From Lama guanicoe (taxonomy: Eukaryota), in contig MU053304.1 of the NCBI GenBank assembly GCA_013239625.1, positions 2,418,001-2,482,000 on the forward strand: a stretch of 64,000 bases of DNA, in the 5' to 3' direction. This document shows positions 50,881-64,000 of this stretch, piece after piece (the stretch's first letter is position 1; each line of letters begins with the position of its first letter). The notes below the pieces were generated by a model. The model saw only the letters and a program-made list of their open reading frames with translations, had not been told where the DNA came from and searched no databases. The position numbers and the translations under genes were made by a program.

Positions 50881-53077
50881 TTAGTGGTTCATGGGAGGGA
50901 GGCAGATAAAAAGAGGACTAAATCCAAGATTCATATGAAATTGGTCGCGATCAAGAAGGTTGTATGGGGAGCCTTTAAATTTCTCTTTGAAAGAGATATT
51001 CCTCCAAAAGAACATGAATAAATTTAAATAGTGGGAAACTATACCGCTTGAAATACAGACAAAGCATGTGTGCATGCCCACATTTATAAAACCACTCCAC
51101 TTTTCATCACCACTGGAGTTACAGTGGGAAACACTCAAAAGATCAGGGGAATATGGAGATTTATGTCTGCTTTCATAATACACAGTGGTCACTTAAAAAT
51201 GAGTCAAATTCAGAGCCCCCACACTAGCAATAATTTTGTTTCTTATGTTTATGTTGTATGAAACTTAAATATTAAACAAAGTTGACAGTTTGGCAAGGAA
51301 GCAAAGCTTCATTCTGCATCTGGTTTCTCTGAACCAAAGTATGTAAAGGAAAAGGAATGTGATTATTTTTGCTCCATTATTCTTGGAAAGATAAAATCAA
51401 ATAAATATTTGAGAGTTTAAAATGATTTTTCCCAGCTTGAGGATATATTTGTTCCTTTTCATTTCTTGCTTGCTTTTGTTAAGTGAAATTTATTTATTGT
51501 ATTTTAATGAGTTTACCATTTTTGTTATGTTTTTATATAATGTACCCAGATTATCTGACTTTGTGATAAGTCTCTGAGGAAAGGTATGTTCTTACCAATG
51601 CCTATTGCAAAATTCAAAGAAATCATGAAGTTTACAAGCCAAAACCCTATACTTTCTCTAATTCCTGCACCAAAAGAAAATATTTATTTTTGAATTCTTT
51701 ATTAGTATATATTTGGGGTACAAAAAACTTATATGAGAAATTTAGAGGTGGCGTGTCACCCCAGATTTGTTTATTGCTTTTGTTACTTTCTAGTGGGAAA
51801 GAATGGTAAATTAGTTGTAAATAGTCTAATATAATAATGAGTTGTAATTATTCTAAGATAATAGTGAGACCAAATATTATTAGCCTTTCAGCTTTGGAAA
51901 TCTTTGTAGATAGGGCTAAAATGAACATTCCTGGTATTTAAAACCCAGCAGACTTCTCCCTGGGTTTGGAGAAAAGAGGACTGAATAAAGATATCCACTT
52001 CTAGCATGGGGGAGAGAGAACATGAAATTTGAAAGGAACAAAATCCAAGTTCTAACTTAGACATTTCTAAAGTCCTGAGATCGTTTCATTCACAAAATAC
52101 CCTGAGAAGTAGCTATGGGATATATGACAACAGCAGAAATGACTCACAGTTTGCAACTTGTTGGGTCAAACCCCAAGTTCTGTAAACTTTAAGTTTCCAC
52201 TGGAAATGATCCAGGGACTGGAAGCTCAGTAGAAATGAGCACCAGGACTTTCTGCTCATAAACACGCAAGTGGGGAGAAGAGTCAAGGACTCTGTCTGGG
52301 TAAGGGCACCAGGTCCTGGTCTTCATCCTGAACCGTCTGGCTAGGTGACTTTCACACTTCACTGTCAACTCTTCTGTCAAACAGAACAATTTTGATCTTT
52401 TAAATGATTGCCATGGTATTTTCAAATGTCCTACGTGCTATGTAACTTGATTTTTCACTACAGATTTAAGTTTTGCTTTATAAGAAAATCACAAAGCTAT
52501 GTGAACTCATTGTTTTGCCTAGTTCATAGGAATACTTATTGTACGTCATTCCACGCCACCCATTGATAGCTCCAGTACAAATTTCTTGACATAGAATGTG
52601 CATGGGGTTGCAAACTTAGTCTGTCACAGGTATGTAAGCCAAGCTGGGTTAGAACAGTATTATCACCACATTTTCTCCTACGCATGTCCACTACTCTCAA
52701 ACGAGAAGATGCATATTTGAAGTAATCACTGTCAAGGAGGTAACAGTCTCCCCTTCAATTTTTACATTTTCCTTCAGCTTATAGGGATATGGAAACACAT
52801 CTGAACTGGTTGTCAACATCTGGTACTTTGTCGGATCTTGAAACAATCATATTAGCCTCGCAGCAGAATAACTGAACACAGACCACAGTCTCTCACTGCA
52901 CAACTATGCACCCCACAGTAATGTTTGCTTTGCAGAAGGGGATTCTGGCAGCTTCTGTCTAGAATGAAGCAGTTCAGCTGCACTTGTCTTGGTGCTTTGG
53001 TAATGGTGACCTTAAAGACAGGACGGCTGTGTTGGAGGCTAAGGATGCAGGCAATGAGGGAGAGCTACTGTGCTTAA

Positions 53078-53128
53078 ACAGCAGAAATTGACGCAACATT
53101 GTAAACTGACTATACTTCAGTAAAAAAG
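53078..53128 (+). mobile_element. About 50-nt young L1 3' terminus
   Basis: cagaaattgacgcaacattgtaaactgactatacttcagtaaaaaa is the reverse complement of the L1 ends at 40960 and 49775. Confidence 0.8.
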
Positions 53129-53429
53129 CTTGTACCACGATGTGCTTCTTGGAATGGGAGGAAACAGAAGAAGCTGCTGGGTTTGTTGTATACCCTGCTG
53201 AGTTTACCTGAAAGATAGCGTGCAAGTCCATTGCATGGATCACAAAGAACAAAGAAAGAGCAGTGAGCCTATGCTTGTAACCTGTGTCCGCACCCAGATA
53301 CCCAAGCCTCAGGCTAGAGCTGCTTCAGGTAACAAGTGCGGGCTGGAGGCGCGCTATGTCCTAGCACAGTGCGAGCCTCAGAAAGGCACGATCAAACATG
53401 AATAAATTCTGACAGTTTAAAGTGCAAGG

Positions 53430-54030
53430 CAGATAGCACTCATATGCACTGGTGGTGGAAATATGAAAACGGTGCAGAGAGTTTAGAATGACTGTGTCTA
53501 GCGAAACAGAAAAGTGCGCGTGTAGGAAAGACCAGACATTCCACTTTTAAGAGCCTAACCTAGAGCAGTTATTGTGCAAAGAGCCAAAGGAAAATGAGCA
53601 AGGATACTCGCTTCAGCATCAGTCATGCTTTGCACGACCATCTGGGAACAATTTCAATGTCTGCTCGTGGGAATGAAAAAGACAAGGCACGGCGTTACAA
53701 GGCTTGTAAGCAGCAATGTGAATAGATCTCAAAAACAAGGTTCTGAGCTAAGAAGAGGTAAGATGTATAAGTTAATATTTATGTAAGGAAAACTCAAACA
53801 AGCCAATACTGAACATTGCGTTTGTGTAAAAGTATAAAAGACTCGCTGTAAAGATGATTGCCTCATTCATTATTCTGGTTGTCTCCGGGGGTAAGAAGTT
53901 GAACGAGATACGATTTAAAAGCTTAGATTATTTTTAATGGTATATTTTTTTAAAAAATAATGGAACTTTAGTACTTATTAACCCTGTGTCATAATTCTGT
54001 GGCTGTATTTATAGCAGGCTTTGCAATTTT
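53430..54030 (+). mobile_element. L1ME-like 3' remnant, unusually CpG-rich
   Basis: actcatatgcactggtggtggaaatatgaaa...attccacttttaag...aaggatactc...gaatagatctcaaaaaca. Confidence 0.65.
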
Positions 54031-54139
54031 CTGTCTTTTGTAAGCCTTTATCATCCCTGTATTCATAGTATTTACTTTGGGAACTACACCTACCATACAT
54101 AAAACAATCAGAAAACAATCAAGTGGTAAACTCTGTCTT

Positions 54140-54680
54140 AGGGTTTCCTAACACAAAAGCATTTCAGAGAAGAAAGAGAGGGGCCACCAAGAGTCCCCCA
54201 GATCCTTTCAGGGGAACACGTATTCAAAATGATTTCCATAATAACACTAAGATAGCATTTTCCATTTTTACCCTCACACCCTCACAAGTATACAGTGAAC
54301 ATCTTCAGAAGATGTGTGGTGTGGAATAGTGCAACAAATTGAATGCAGAATCAGAAGAGAGAATGCAACTGTCTTCTATCCAGGCAGACATGACAGAGAT
54401 TTGTGAAAATTGAAACATTGCCATCCTCGGTAAAAACGTCTTTATTTGGAAAATACAGCTTTCTTTTTCATAAAAACAATGTTGTTTACATTCACATGTA
54501 ATGAGTTGCTTATTGTTATTTTAAGGAAATACATAAATATGTATTTTTAAATTTCCTCCATTTTAATTTCTTAAACAATGAATGTAAAGAACTATAACCC
54601 ATGCGGACTAGAGCTCTTTGGATTCTCGGTAGTTCTTAAGAATGTCAAGTCATGCTGAGAATACAAGGTTTGAGGATCTC
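54140..54680. mobile_element. MER119-like hAT-Charlie element
   Basis: cctttcagggg...cataataacactaaga...attgaatgcagaa...tgtcttctat...agctctttgg...ctgagaa...gtttgagga matches the consensus as recalled. Confidence 0.75.
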
Positions 54681-55239
54681 TCGAGCTCGGTTACGGTTGG
54701 AAGGGATTCTGGAGGAGGTGGTTCTAAGTGCATCAGCAGGAAGTAAGGAGTTCAGGTGGGAGAACAAAACTTTCTAGCCAAGGGACTCAAGAATCAAATC
54801 AAATTGAATTAGAAAGTTAAGGTAAAGGTAATACCAACGGCTGGCATTTTGCACCCGAGGGAGAAGCCTAGAACCAGTACTTCTAGTAGTACTCATTCAG
54901 TCAACGTTTGTTGTTTTGAAAGTTCCGCGGCAGGCACTGTGGTGCCTTTGAGGAAGAGTAAGTCTCACTCCCTATTCTGCAAAAACTCATGGCTTGGTGC
55001 ATATTTAATTACAGAGTACTGTAATAGAGATAGCTACCTTGTGAAAAGAGAGAGTCAAACACGTGGCCAATTGCTCTTTGTTTTCCCCATTAGTGTTTTG
55101 CTACGTTACAAAAGTTTCTAGAAAAATAAAACCCTGTGCAATAGTTTTGGAGAAAGAAATGAGAGCAAAGTTGCTTATTGCAGTCTGCGTGTTGTAACCC
55201 TTTTAACTAGATCTGTTGTGAACATACAGTGACCGTTAA

Positions 55240-55640
55240 CGTTGCATCAGTCGGGATAGACCAGGTGAGCTGTGAACAAACCAAGCCCAGATTTCAGTGG
55301 TTTGAAACAACAAATGTTTCTTTCTCCCTCATGTATGTATCTGTTCACTGCAGGTCTCTATGTATTTATTCCACATCACTTTATGACACTACAGACTCAC
55401 ATGCATCATCATAGTTCCCTGTGACAGGGCAAGAGAGGTTGGAAAGTCAAGCTCTAGCAATGATTACAAAGCCTTCCTGGAAAAGAGGCATGTCACTTCC
55501 ACTCATATTTCATTGGCCAAAGCTAGTTTCACAGTCTTGCCTGAATATTGAAAGCAGGGATAGTGGTGGGGAAGAGATATTTCATTTAACTGTTAGCAGA
55601 AGCACACCAGATATCAGGGAAATCTAGAACTGCCAACCAC
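55240..55640 (-). mobile_element. MLT1K/L-like LTR
   Basis: atttcagtggtttgaaacaacaaatgtttctttctc...tcacttccactcatatttcattggccaaagctagt. Confidence 0.75.
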
Positions 55641-56254
55641 AAGCACTGCTTAAGGAAAATAAATTAGAGTAAATGCCTAATTCTACACCAGAAAATGTCT
55701 CCAGCTGCATCTGATTCAAAAAGGATATTTCTCCAGCTGACCTAAATTTCTTCAAGCAGAATCAAATTTCTTATGGTGTCAGCTTCTTCTCTTCCTCAAC
55801 CCTTATAGCTTCATTTCTTGGTAGAGATCTCAAGGTTTATGGTGAACATTATTTAGTACCCACTTGCCGAGATAAGATGACAAGCTAAGAAGTTGTATTT
55901 TCATTGCTATGCTAGTCTTGCACAGCAGTGCACAAATACAGCTGTGTGAAGTCTCAGGGCAATTGCTTCGAAGTCAGATAGACCTGGGTTTGGCACTTGG
56001 AGTAAAAGAGCCACGTAAATCTGCCAGTCTTTGACGAACCTCTTCAGATTGGCGGAGACCAGAGTCACATTCTTTTGGATCATCTATATTTATTGGCTGA
56101 TAGCAGAAGGCTCAGCTCATGGCCTTTTCTGGGGCATTTGGGCAGAGAGTACAAATTGCTATTGATTTTTTTACATTTTATTCATTCTAGAAAAAAAGAA
56201 AATAAAAATTCATCCAGGGGAAGGGTACGAAACATGAGTAATAGGACAAAATAA

Positions 56255-56440
56255 TAGAATTAGAGAAGAGGATCTTGAAAGTCAATTAGTCCAACTGCTC
56301 ATCTGATGCTTGGATCTCTTCTGCTGCCTTCCATCCAAGTGATCATGAGCTTAAAACTTCCCCATGGCAGCAATCAGTCACGACTGCCTGGTGCCATTCA
56401 TTCTACCTTGGAAAACTCTGACTGCTAGAATTATATTTTA
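56255..56440 (-). mobile_element. L3/CR1-like LINE 3' fragment
   Basis: tagtccaactgctcatctgatgcttggatc...ccattcatt...ggaaaactctgactgctagaa. Confidence 0.5.
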
Positions 56441-57092
56441 TTTTGTGCCAACGTCTATGATTTAGTAATGGAGATATGTCTGCATAGTTGAAAATAGCTA
56501 TGCTATTTGACTCCTGAAAAGATGTATTTTATTATGCCATTTGCTTCTCACATCAATTCCAGGGAGTAAGTATTATTATCAGATGAGAAAACTGAGGCTT
56601 GGGGAGGTTAAGTAACTTGGTGAAGATGACAGTAGTGAGTTACAAACTGGGAAAGAGTGAATGATTGTGCTTGTGACAGAGAAAAAAAAATACCATCCAT
56701 TGACTTTGCATGAATACAAACACACTTATATGTGACAGTGATTTTATTGGCGATATAATGTTTTATCAAGAAGGTCTGACAACGACCTCAAGCAGACCAC
56801 CAATGTTTTATCTCTTATCCAGGGCTGTAGATTTCCTGTGGATAATTACTCTCTTTCCAGCCCTTTAATAAAATTCAGTGCTGGGCATTGAAGTATGCAA
56901 AACAGAATTGAAGAATGAGTATGTGCATAAAATATTCTTCCTGTAAACCTTGATAAAAGGGCTCTGATTTGTGCAGAAATTTTTATTTCAATAAAATCAG
57001 AGCCTGCACTTTGTTTGGGGACTGTGTGTCCAGAAAAGCAGTCGTTTTCAACTAAGTATCTATGAGATCATCAAAAGATAGAACTGACTCAC

Positions 57093-57141
57093 CTCTTAGG
57101 GGTCATTTCTCTAACGTAATATGTCCAACAAACCAAGCAAC
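57093..57141 (-). other. Candidate exon (49 nt, open only as phase 1 to 2; CLVCWTYYVREMTPK)
   Basis: T-tract...gattatag|G acceptor and GAG|GTGAGT donor. Confidence 0.25.
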
Positions 57142-59400
57142 CTATAATCAACCAACCAACCAAAAAAAAAAAAAATAACGAACTAAGCTCTGAGCCACAG
57201 TGATGCATTAGTAATTCAATCTATTAATATATTAACCAACTTTCCTGTGCTGTGTGCATATGAGAGTGGTTTTTGCTTTCCCTGAGCCACTATACTAAAA
57301 TAATATTCCTCTATCAAAGATATTTTTTAAAAAGAAGAATGGTGGAAAATGTGAACCTTGGCTTCCTGTTCCTGGGACAGAATCATTTCTCCCCACTAGG
57401 ACTTAGAAATAAGATCACTTTGGCTAATTCCCCAGGAAAGCAACAACAGGTGTGGAAGGGACCCACAAAAGGAAAGAATGTAACACACATCGACTTTACT
57501 CTGGCATGCAAGGAAGGCTCTGGGATTCTCACTTCATTTCTTCTTGTTTTTATTACTTCTAACATTCCTCTTTTCCACATTCAAGTTTCTGCCACGAATT
57601 ACACACTCCTGCCTGCTTATATTCAGAGAGGTTTAGGTTTACATCCAATTGTGACCCAATGTTCCAATTTCATCCAGCACAATGTGAGCCTGGTGAATGC
57701 CTGGATTGCCTGGACCCTCTGAGCCCTGAACTTTTAAGCAAAAACAGTCAGGTTCTTCCATTGTTCTGGAACAGAAGCACTGTAAGTATATAAAACCACC
57801 TCTAACCTTTTTAAACACGTCCTTTTGCCCCTTGAATGATGCAAATTATATATCCTCGAAGTCCTAGGGTTGTGGGGTCTGAATAAATACCAAGTGAGTT
57901 TAAAAAGTACACAGTATTGTCATTTTTATCAGACCAACAGTCCTTTTAAAAGGAAGATGGGCTGGGTTACAGAAAGCTATAATCAGTAACAGTGGAGTCA
58001 TTCCCTTTAAACACTCATTCAAGCAGAGTTAGAAAACAAAATTCATTCTAGCATGCATTTGATCCACATGTAAATGAGCGTTTTTCTTTTTTTCCCATCA
58101 TTTTAAGGAACCTATTTTTAAAAGTGATATAACCAGTTATTTTCTTAAGATGATGATCTTTAAATAGCAACTATGCATTAACTACCTCTATTTTCTTCCA
58201 TTTTTTTAATTCTTATTGTCAGACCACTTTAGAATCAAATCCTTCTTTAAAGATGCATACAATTTGTTTGCCTCTATTTTTATTCTTTGGAATTTTTTTT
58301 TTCATTTTCTCTCCTTTCTCTACCGTTACATGTCAAAAAAATACTACAAGACCCCCAGGATTCATTGATAGGCTCATTAAAGAAATGAACACAATTCAAA
58401 TGAAGAGATTTGTATTTGCACAGGCAAATTACTCATCCTCTTTATGCCTCTGATTCCTGGTCTGTAATTAGGCTAATCATGGTATCTATCTCTAAGGGTC
58501 GTGAGATTTAAAGGATTCACATCAAGTGCTTTGTACAATGCCGGGCACATAGCAAACTTGATAACTAACATTATTTTTGTCTTTGTTATTTAAAAAACGC
58601 TGTATAAAATATTGAGCTAAGTGCCGTTAAGGATACAAAAGACTAACAAGACATGGGTCTTGCCTTTGAAGAAAGTACCATGTAGAAATAAATTTGAGAC
58701 CTATGCACAGATGTCAAAGGTGAATAGTAGAAAATGCTACAGGAGTGTTATCAATAAATGGTGTGGGAGGTTGGAAGAAGGGCTAGGATTCCTTCCCTTT
58801 GGAGGAATCACTGAAAGCTTTAATCAAGTGAAGGCATTGTTTAGCTGAATCTTGGTGGAACACTGAAAAAAACCAGAGTGGTAGTATTCTATATTATCTG
58901 TAATTTGTATAGGTTAAGCACGGTACTTGTCTTAATTTGCATAATCTTTGATTATCAAATGAGGTTGTACATTTGTCCATTGTATTTGTATCTGTGAGTC
59001 CATCTAATGTATCACTTTATGTCCTTAGCCTGTTTCCCATGAAAGTCTGTGTTTTTCCTAGCCTTATGTAAAAGCACTCTGTCTTTTATGGGTGATGAAT
59101 ATTATGTTAATAGTTTTCTAAGTATCGACCAATCCTTGCATTTCTAAAATTAACTCCACTAAATTTTACTGTATTCCTTTTATGCACTGCCAGATTCTAC
59201 TTTCTAATTAAAGAAATGTTTATATGAGACTCTGGTTCCATTTCAGCAGTGTTTCCAAAAGGCAAGGGTGAGACAAAAACAACCAAAAAGATCGCTGCAC
59301 CTTCCTCGAGTTGAGTTTCCAAGCTCAGGTGCCAGACTATGTATACGAGATTTGCAAATGAAGTGAAAATCAGTTTTTACCTCCTTAATCCAACACTTAC

Positions 59401-59409
59401 CTTGAAAAT
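59401..59409 (-). other. Candidate 9-nt microexon ATTTTCAAG
   Basis: Branch-point-like CTAAT, then C-T18-AG acceptor, then AAG|GTAAGT donor; frame-preserving with no internal stop codon. Confidence 0.6.
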
Positions 59410-59759
59410 CTAAAAAAAAAAAAAAAAAAGATTAGTTGGAAGTTGAAAAGATAATTTCTTTGGATAATACGGTTGGCATTTGTGGCTTTTTTTTCCTCTT
59501 TCTACTCCTCGTATGGAGGAGAGGAGGGAGGTGTTTTTCTTACTTCAGACTAAGTGAGAAGGGCTTGGGAATGTGACATCTGTCCCCAGCAGTTTGAAAG
59601 ATAAGCACTTTTTAGCATATTGTCTCCTAAAAGGGCCAGAGTACTATGCTCTTGCAGAACCTGACCAGTTGCCAGGAAAGAGAGGCGCCTCTATTCTCTT
59701 CCACTAAACCGGGTGGAAAATGTCTGCTCTAGTGGGGAACAGAATGCTGCTGGGTGACC

Positions 59760-60110
59760 TTCATTTTTATGATGTAGACTCTACTTGACTCCTTCACCTT
59801 GGGATGCTTGCTCTGGGGGAATCCAGTCCCTGGTTGTGAGGAAGCCTGACTTAGTCCGTGTAAATGGGCTACTTGGAGAAGAACTGAGACTCCAGCCAAC
59901 AGCCTGCGTTAGTCACCCAACATTCCAGTGAATGGCCTTTAGATTCTAGCCCCTCGCGGTTGAGTCTTGCTTCTGATTCCCCAGATCCGCGGAACGGTCC
60001 CCTTATGCTGTTTGAACTCTGACTCATAGAATCCTTGCGCATAATAAATGCGCATTTTGCACCGTGTAAGTTTTAGGCCATTTGCGACACAGTCTTAGTA
60101 AATGGAAGAG
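59760..60110 (+). mobile_element. MLT1H/I-like LTR
   Basis: gatgcttgctctggggga...tgtgaggaagcc...gaactgagactccagccaacagcc...tgactcatagaatc...aataaatg...taagttttagg. Confidence 0.75.
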
Positions 60111-62439
60111 AAATGTACCTGAAAACTGAAGATGAAAGGCTGAATCTGGATTTACGTGCTTGTGGCTGAGAAAAGTGATCCAGGGCAGTAAGTGAGCCAA
60201 CTACACAGTGGCTGACAGCCAGCTCAGGATGCGGGCTCTTTACAACAGGAAGAGTTGAAGAAGCCAGCCTGCAAGAATTCCACCCGGGAGAGACCCAGAG
60301 AGAGACAAAGTGACCCAGTACAGGGTGACTGGCATTACACAGAGGGTGAAGGAAACAGCCAGGGTAAGGAGAGACATGACATCACCTGAGGCAAGAATAT
60401 CTGAAAGCTCCAGTAAGCACTGTGGGACAGAAGTCTACCTTTCTCTTCCTCGATCTTCAAAGTCTTGAGGCACCAGGGCCAGATTCCACATGCCTCCACC
60501 CCGGTGCCCTGTACTCTCCCCCACCTCATCCACAAGACTGAGCCGGAGTGATAGCTGGCGGGGAGGGGAAAGAAAGTGAAGGGGCAGAAAAAGCAGAGAG
60601 GGTCCGTGCATCGTCCTCCCCCAGCTCTGACAGCCTTTCCAGCAAGCAGGGGTCTCCAAATGAGAATGAGAAAAGCTTCAAGAAAAATTCAGACTGATGA
60701 TTATTACAAGGAAATAGCCACTTTGGTGACGGAAATGAGGCTGTTCTTGTGACCAGAAGGAGCAGGAAAGCTATGGACCACAGCTACATCGAGAGTGGGG
60801 TTTGAACGGAGACCAGAGAGAATGCTGCCGCCTTTAACTCTCACCCTGGCAAGTCGGCCTCATTTATCTTTCGTGGTGCTCATTTCGTTCCAGTCAGAGA
60901 TACTCAAGGAATGTATATTCTGGCGCCATCAAATGTGAGGAAGGTTGGTGTGGTGTGTGGAGGGGCATCTCTCTGGTCACTACATGAGTGTTGACAGGTT
61001 AGTTAAGCATGTAAACCCATCCTATGAAACGCTGAGATGGAGATTAGAAATGACGGTGGAAATACTGCATTCCTTCTCGGCACTCCTTGCCCTGAATTAT
61101 TTAGCAACATTTACGCTAGCGAGTCACTCTCTTCGATATCACATCCCAACCTCCCTTCCCTGGTGGCGTGGATGCTGGGTTTGAAATACGTTGAAGTTGC
61201 ACCATGACACTCTTCACTGACAATCTTCTAGGTATTTTAAACAGGGAAAAAATTTAGTACCACCTAAATACAGTGCCAGAAATCGGTGTTTGCAGAACTA
61301 TTCCAAGGGGTGGGGAAGCGAAGGTCAAGGAAATCAGGAAGTATAGGAAGCATGGGATGCTGCCTCCAGTCAGCTGCCACCTGCTGCTGTGAGTAATTCA
61401 CAGAACGCCTGGAAGTCCCTGGACTCCTTGCGACTGCAGTCCGTCCACAAGTCTGCCAGCTGCTGCCGGAGGAGAATCACTGCTCCTGCCCCTCTTCTGC
61501 CTTCTGCTTTTCACATTGTCTCCCTTTGGAAGGATGTGTGCTGGTCTCCAATGAGTGAGGGCTTCTGGGAAATGTTGTTATAGGATTTTAGTCACTGAAA
61601 TGTAAGGGAAATTTGGAGGGACAGAGAAGATGTGAGCGAATGACAGACTTTTAAGAGCAGTTGCCTACTATCATCCTTTTCCATTTCCTTCTTTAAAACC
61701 TCAGAAAGAGGTGAGATTTGGTTGACACGGCCTGCCCCATGATGGGGAGTGCTCTAAGGGTGGGCATGCAATTGCAGCTTTCTGGTTCATGTTTAGGGGC
61801 GTGTTTTTGTGTCTCCACCTTCTATTGAACATGACGAGGAAGAGCGTAACTTTACACAGGCAGCCACTTAAGAGACAAGGAGGAGATTGGTATTAAGAGG
61901 AAAATAGAGAGGAGACAGAAAAATAAACTTTTTCAAGTGGATCAGTTTTATAACTCTTCACATTATGCCTGGCCCCTGTGCTGCTTCCTAGCGTTGTGTG
62001 TGTAATGACAAATTTCATTATTGTCTGGGCTGGTTCCTGTCCCAGTTTCTGTTACTGGCTGCAGACAGCATCATCGTCAGTGAAACTGAGTAGGCTGGAG
62101 GTCATTGAGCCTTCTGATGCTCTTCAGACTACATCTCGCAGGCAGCTACAGCTCTGAGCGGACACAAAGTCACATCCTTCCACGCTTTTCCTTTGGAGGA
62201 GTCTCTGCCATGACAGCTCTTCTGTTCCTGCTGAGTGGACTGAGCTGGAAGACAGACCTGGATGAGAGCTCAGGGCAAGATCGGATCATCAGTGGCATCA
62301 ACAGTGGATTGGGACCCAGTCGTTTATGGAGTGCCTCGGCAGGTGTCGTGTTCCACCGGAGTGTTGTGACCCTGGAGGCACATTTTTATGGCACCTAGAC
62401 GTGGTTCAAGGAGCTGGAAATGAGTTGACGTAGTTCTAA

Positions 62440-62550
62440 GGTATTGCATGTGTCCTGGTTTGCCTGGAACTTTCTTGCCGTTAGCACTGAAAATGCCACA
62501 TCCTGGGAAATCCCTCCATCCCTAGAAGACTGGGATGGTTGTCACCCCAC
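62440..62550. mobile_element. MER81-like hAT-Blackjack MITE
   Basis: gtcctggtttgcctggaact...ttagcactgaaa...cctgggaaa...ctgggatggttgtcaccc. Confidence 0.7.
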
Positions 62551-63879
62551 CAGGGCCATAGTCTCACCTGTCACTTGTCAGTCATGAATCCTTGCAGACA
62601 TAGACTCACCTCTCTGGGCCTCTGTTAACTAAGCAAGCTTGAAAATCTGGCCCCCAGATCCACTCCTGGTTCTGAGACTGTGCTCCACCTACAAGGCTTG
62701 CTCCGCCTGAGAGACCAGAGAGTGAGACTCATTGCAATCACTTGGTTCTATCACATTTTACAGACAAGACGACCAAGGCTTGGGAAGTGAAGTGACTTTC
62801 TCGATGTCATGAACGCCCATGGAGTGACTGAGCCTTGGTTTTCCCACCCTCAGACTGGTATTGTCTTGATTGCAAACTGGTCCGTCCCAAGGTAAAAGTT
62901 CAAAGAGTCGAATGGTTACTCCTATGACAAATGCTCAGGGACCTGAAGGGTTGTTCAGCTGAGCTAAACACCTCCATATTTAGCTTTACCTCGTCAGACA
63001 CACCTCCTCTCCAGGCTGTTCCCTGTGGGATCACTGGTCAAATCTGCCTTTCAGTGACACTGTCTTGACTCTGTATGTGGGCACAGACCGACTAAAGTCA
63101 ATTCTGTGTCTGTGCAAAGAACTATTTCCCTGTCTCTCCAGGCTTCCTCACTGCTGTCATTTTGTGAAAACAGCAGCAGAAACATCCTGCATAATATTAT
63201 GCTTGTTACCTTCTTGGAATCCCTAAGGCAACACATTCTGAAAGGTCTGATGCCCTGTTGCTTATTACACTTCATGGTTTCCAGTTTTCTCTGATAAACA
63301 TCACAAATACGATGTGGGGCATTTGGTGCATTTTACTTAAAAACAAAAACTTCATTAGTCATGATTTATTTCAGAATGGAAAAAGAAATCTCTGAGTCTT
63401 AGCTTTGCCCATTTTAACTTCAGAGGGAAAAAAAAAAAGCTTTTATTTGTTCTTAAGTATTCTTACTATGACTCTGGCTCTTAATTAGACTGGATTTGTA
63501 ATCTGCGTCACATCACCTACTGCTTCTCTGCTCTTTGTCTTTCTGCATGTGCCCCACAGCCAGCTGTTTCAATGGGCAGTGCATTTTGGAGATGCAAAGT
63601 CTTATTTTGTCTGTTATGTGAATATCTCAGCCATGCTATCTCATGTCATAAAAGAGGTCTCTTGTATTTAATCTGAACTCCAACAAGGATTTTGGAGAAC
63701 TGAAACGAGCCACTTCTATATCTTATAATGTATCAAATTTTAGATTAGTTTTGCCTCTTGTTTGTTGCATAGAATTTTGGTGATGGCTTGTGAATATTAT
63801 TCTTTCGAGTATAATGAAACACATTTGGCTGTCAGTAACAGAGTTCTTGACCATTGCGGCTTAAATAATAGGTATTTCT

Positions 63880-64000
63880 TTTTTTTTTTAAATTGAAGTA
63901 TAGTTGATTCACAATATTGTGTTAGTTTTGGGTATGCAGCAAAGTGATTTGGTTATACATTTATGTGTATATGTATATATATTCTTTTTAACATACTTTT
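63880..64000 (-). mobile_element. Young L1 3' end, running off the window
   Basis: T-run then aaattgaagtatagttgattcacaatattgtgttagttt...cagcaaagtgatt. Confidence 0.85.

Noticed and set aside
57273..57722. 149-aa ORF
   Set aside because: TTG start, no recognisable homology or exon boundaries; within chance expectation for 64 kb.

Overview
AT-rich, repeat-dense mammalian DNA, most likely from a camelid: it carries a tRNA-Ala-derived Vic-1-like SINE and cetartiodactyl-type young L1 3' ends. It reads as intronic or intergenic. I recognise no intact protein-coding gene, and nearly all ORF-track entries are chance ORFs or transposon remnants. Well-supported features are an internally deleted Tigger1 (26258-28225, minus), a 5'-truncated processed RPL7A pseudogene (28441-29130), a solo ERV1-type LTR with a 4-bp target-site duplication (TSD; 40284-40762), nested old and younger L1 ORF2 remnants, and many L1, L2, MIR, MLT1, MER and microsatellite relics. 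The most interesting non-repeat signal is a textbook 9-nt microexon candidate on the minus strand (59401-59409). Several other short minus-strand exon candidates can be joined to it in frame, suggesting the window lies inside an unidentified large-intron gene. Other points of note: a 64-nt retro-insertion with a perfect 18-bp TSD, a 57-nt quasi-palindrome, a possible ancient RTE-clade LINE remnant, and CpG-rich patches inside ancient repeats. Repeat subfamily names come from my recall of consensus sequences, not a database search, and boundaries of old repeats are approximate.
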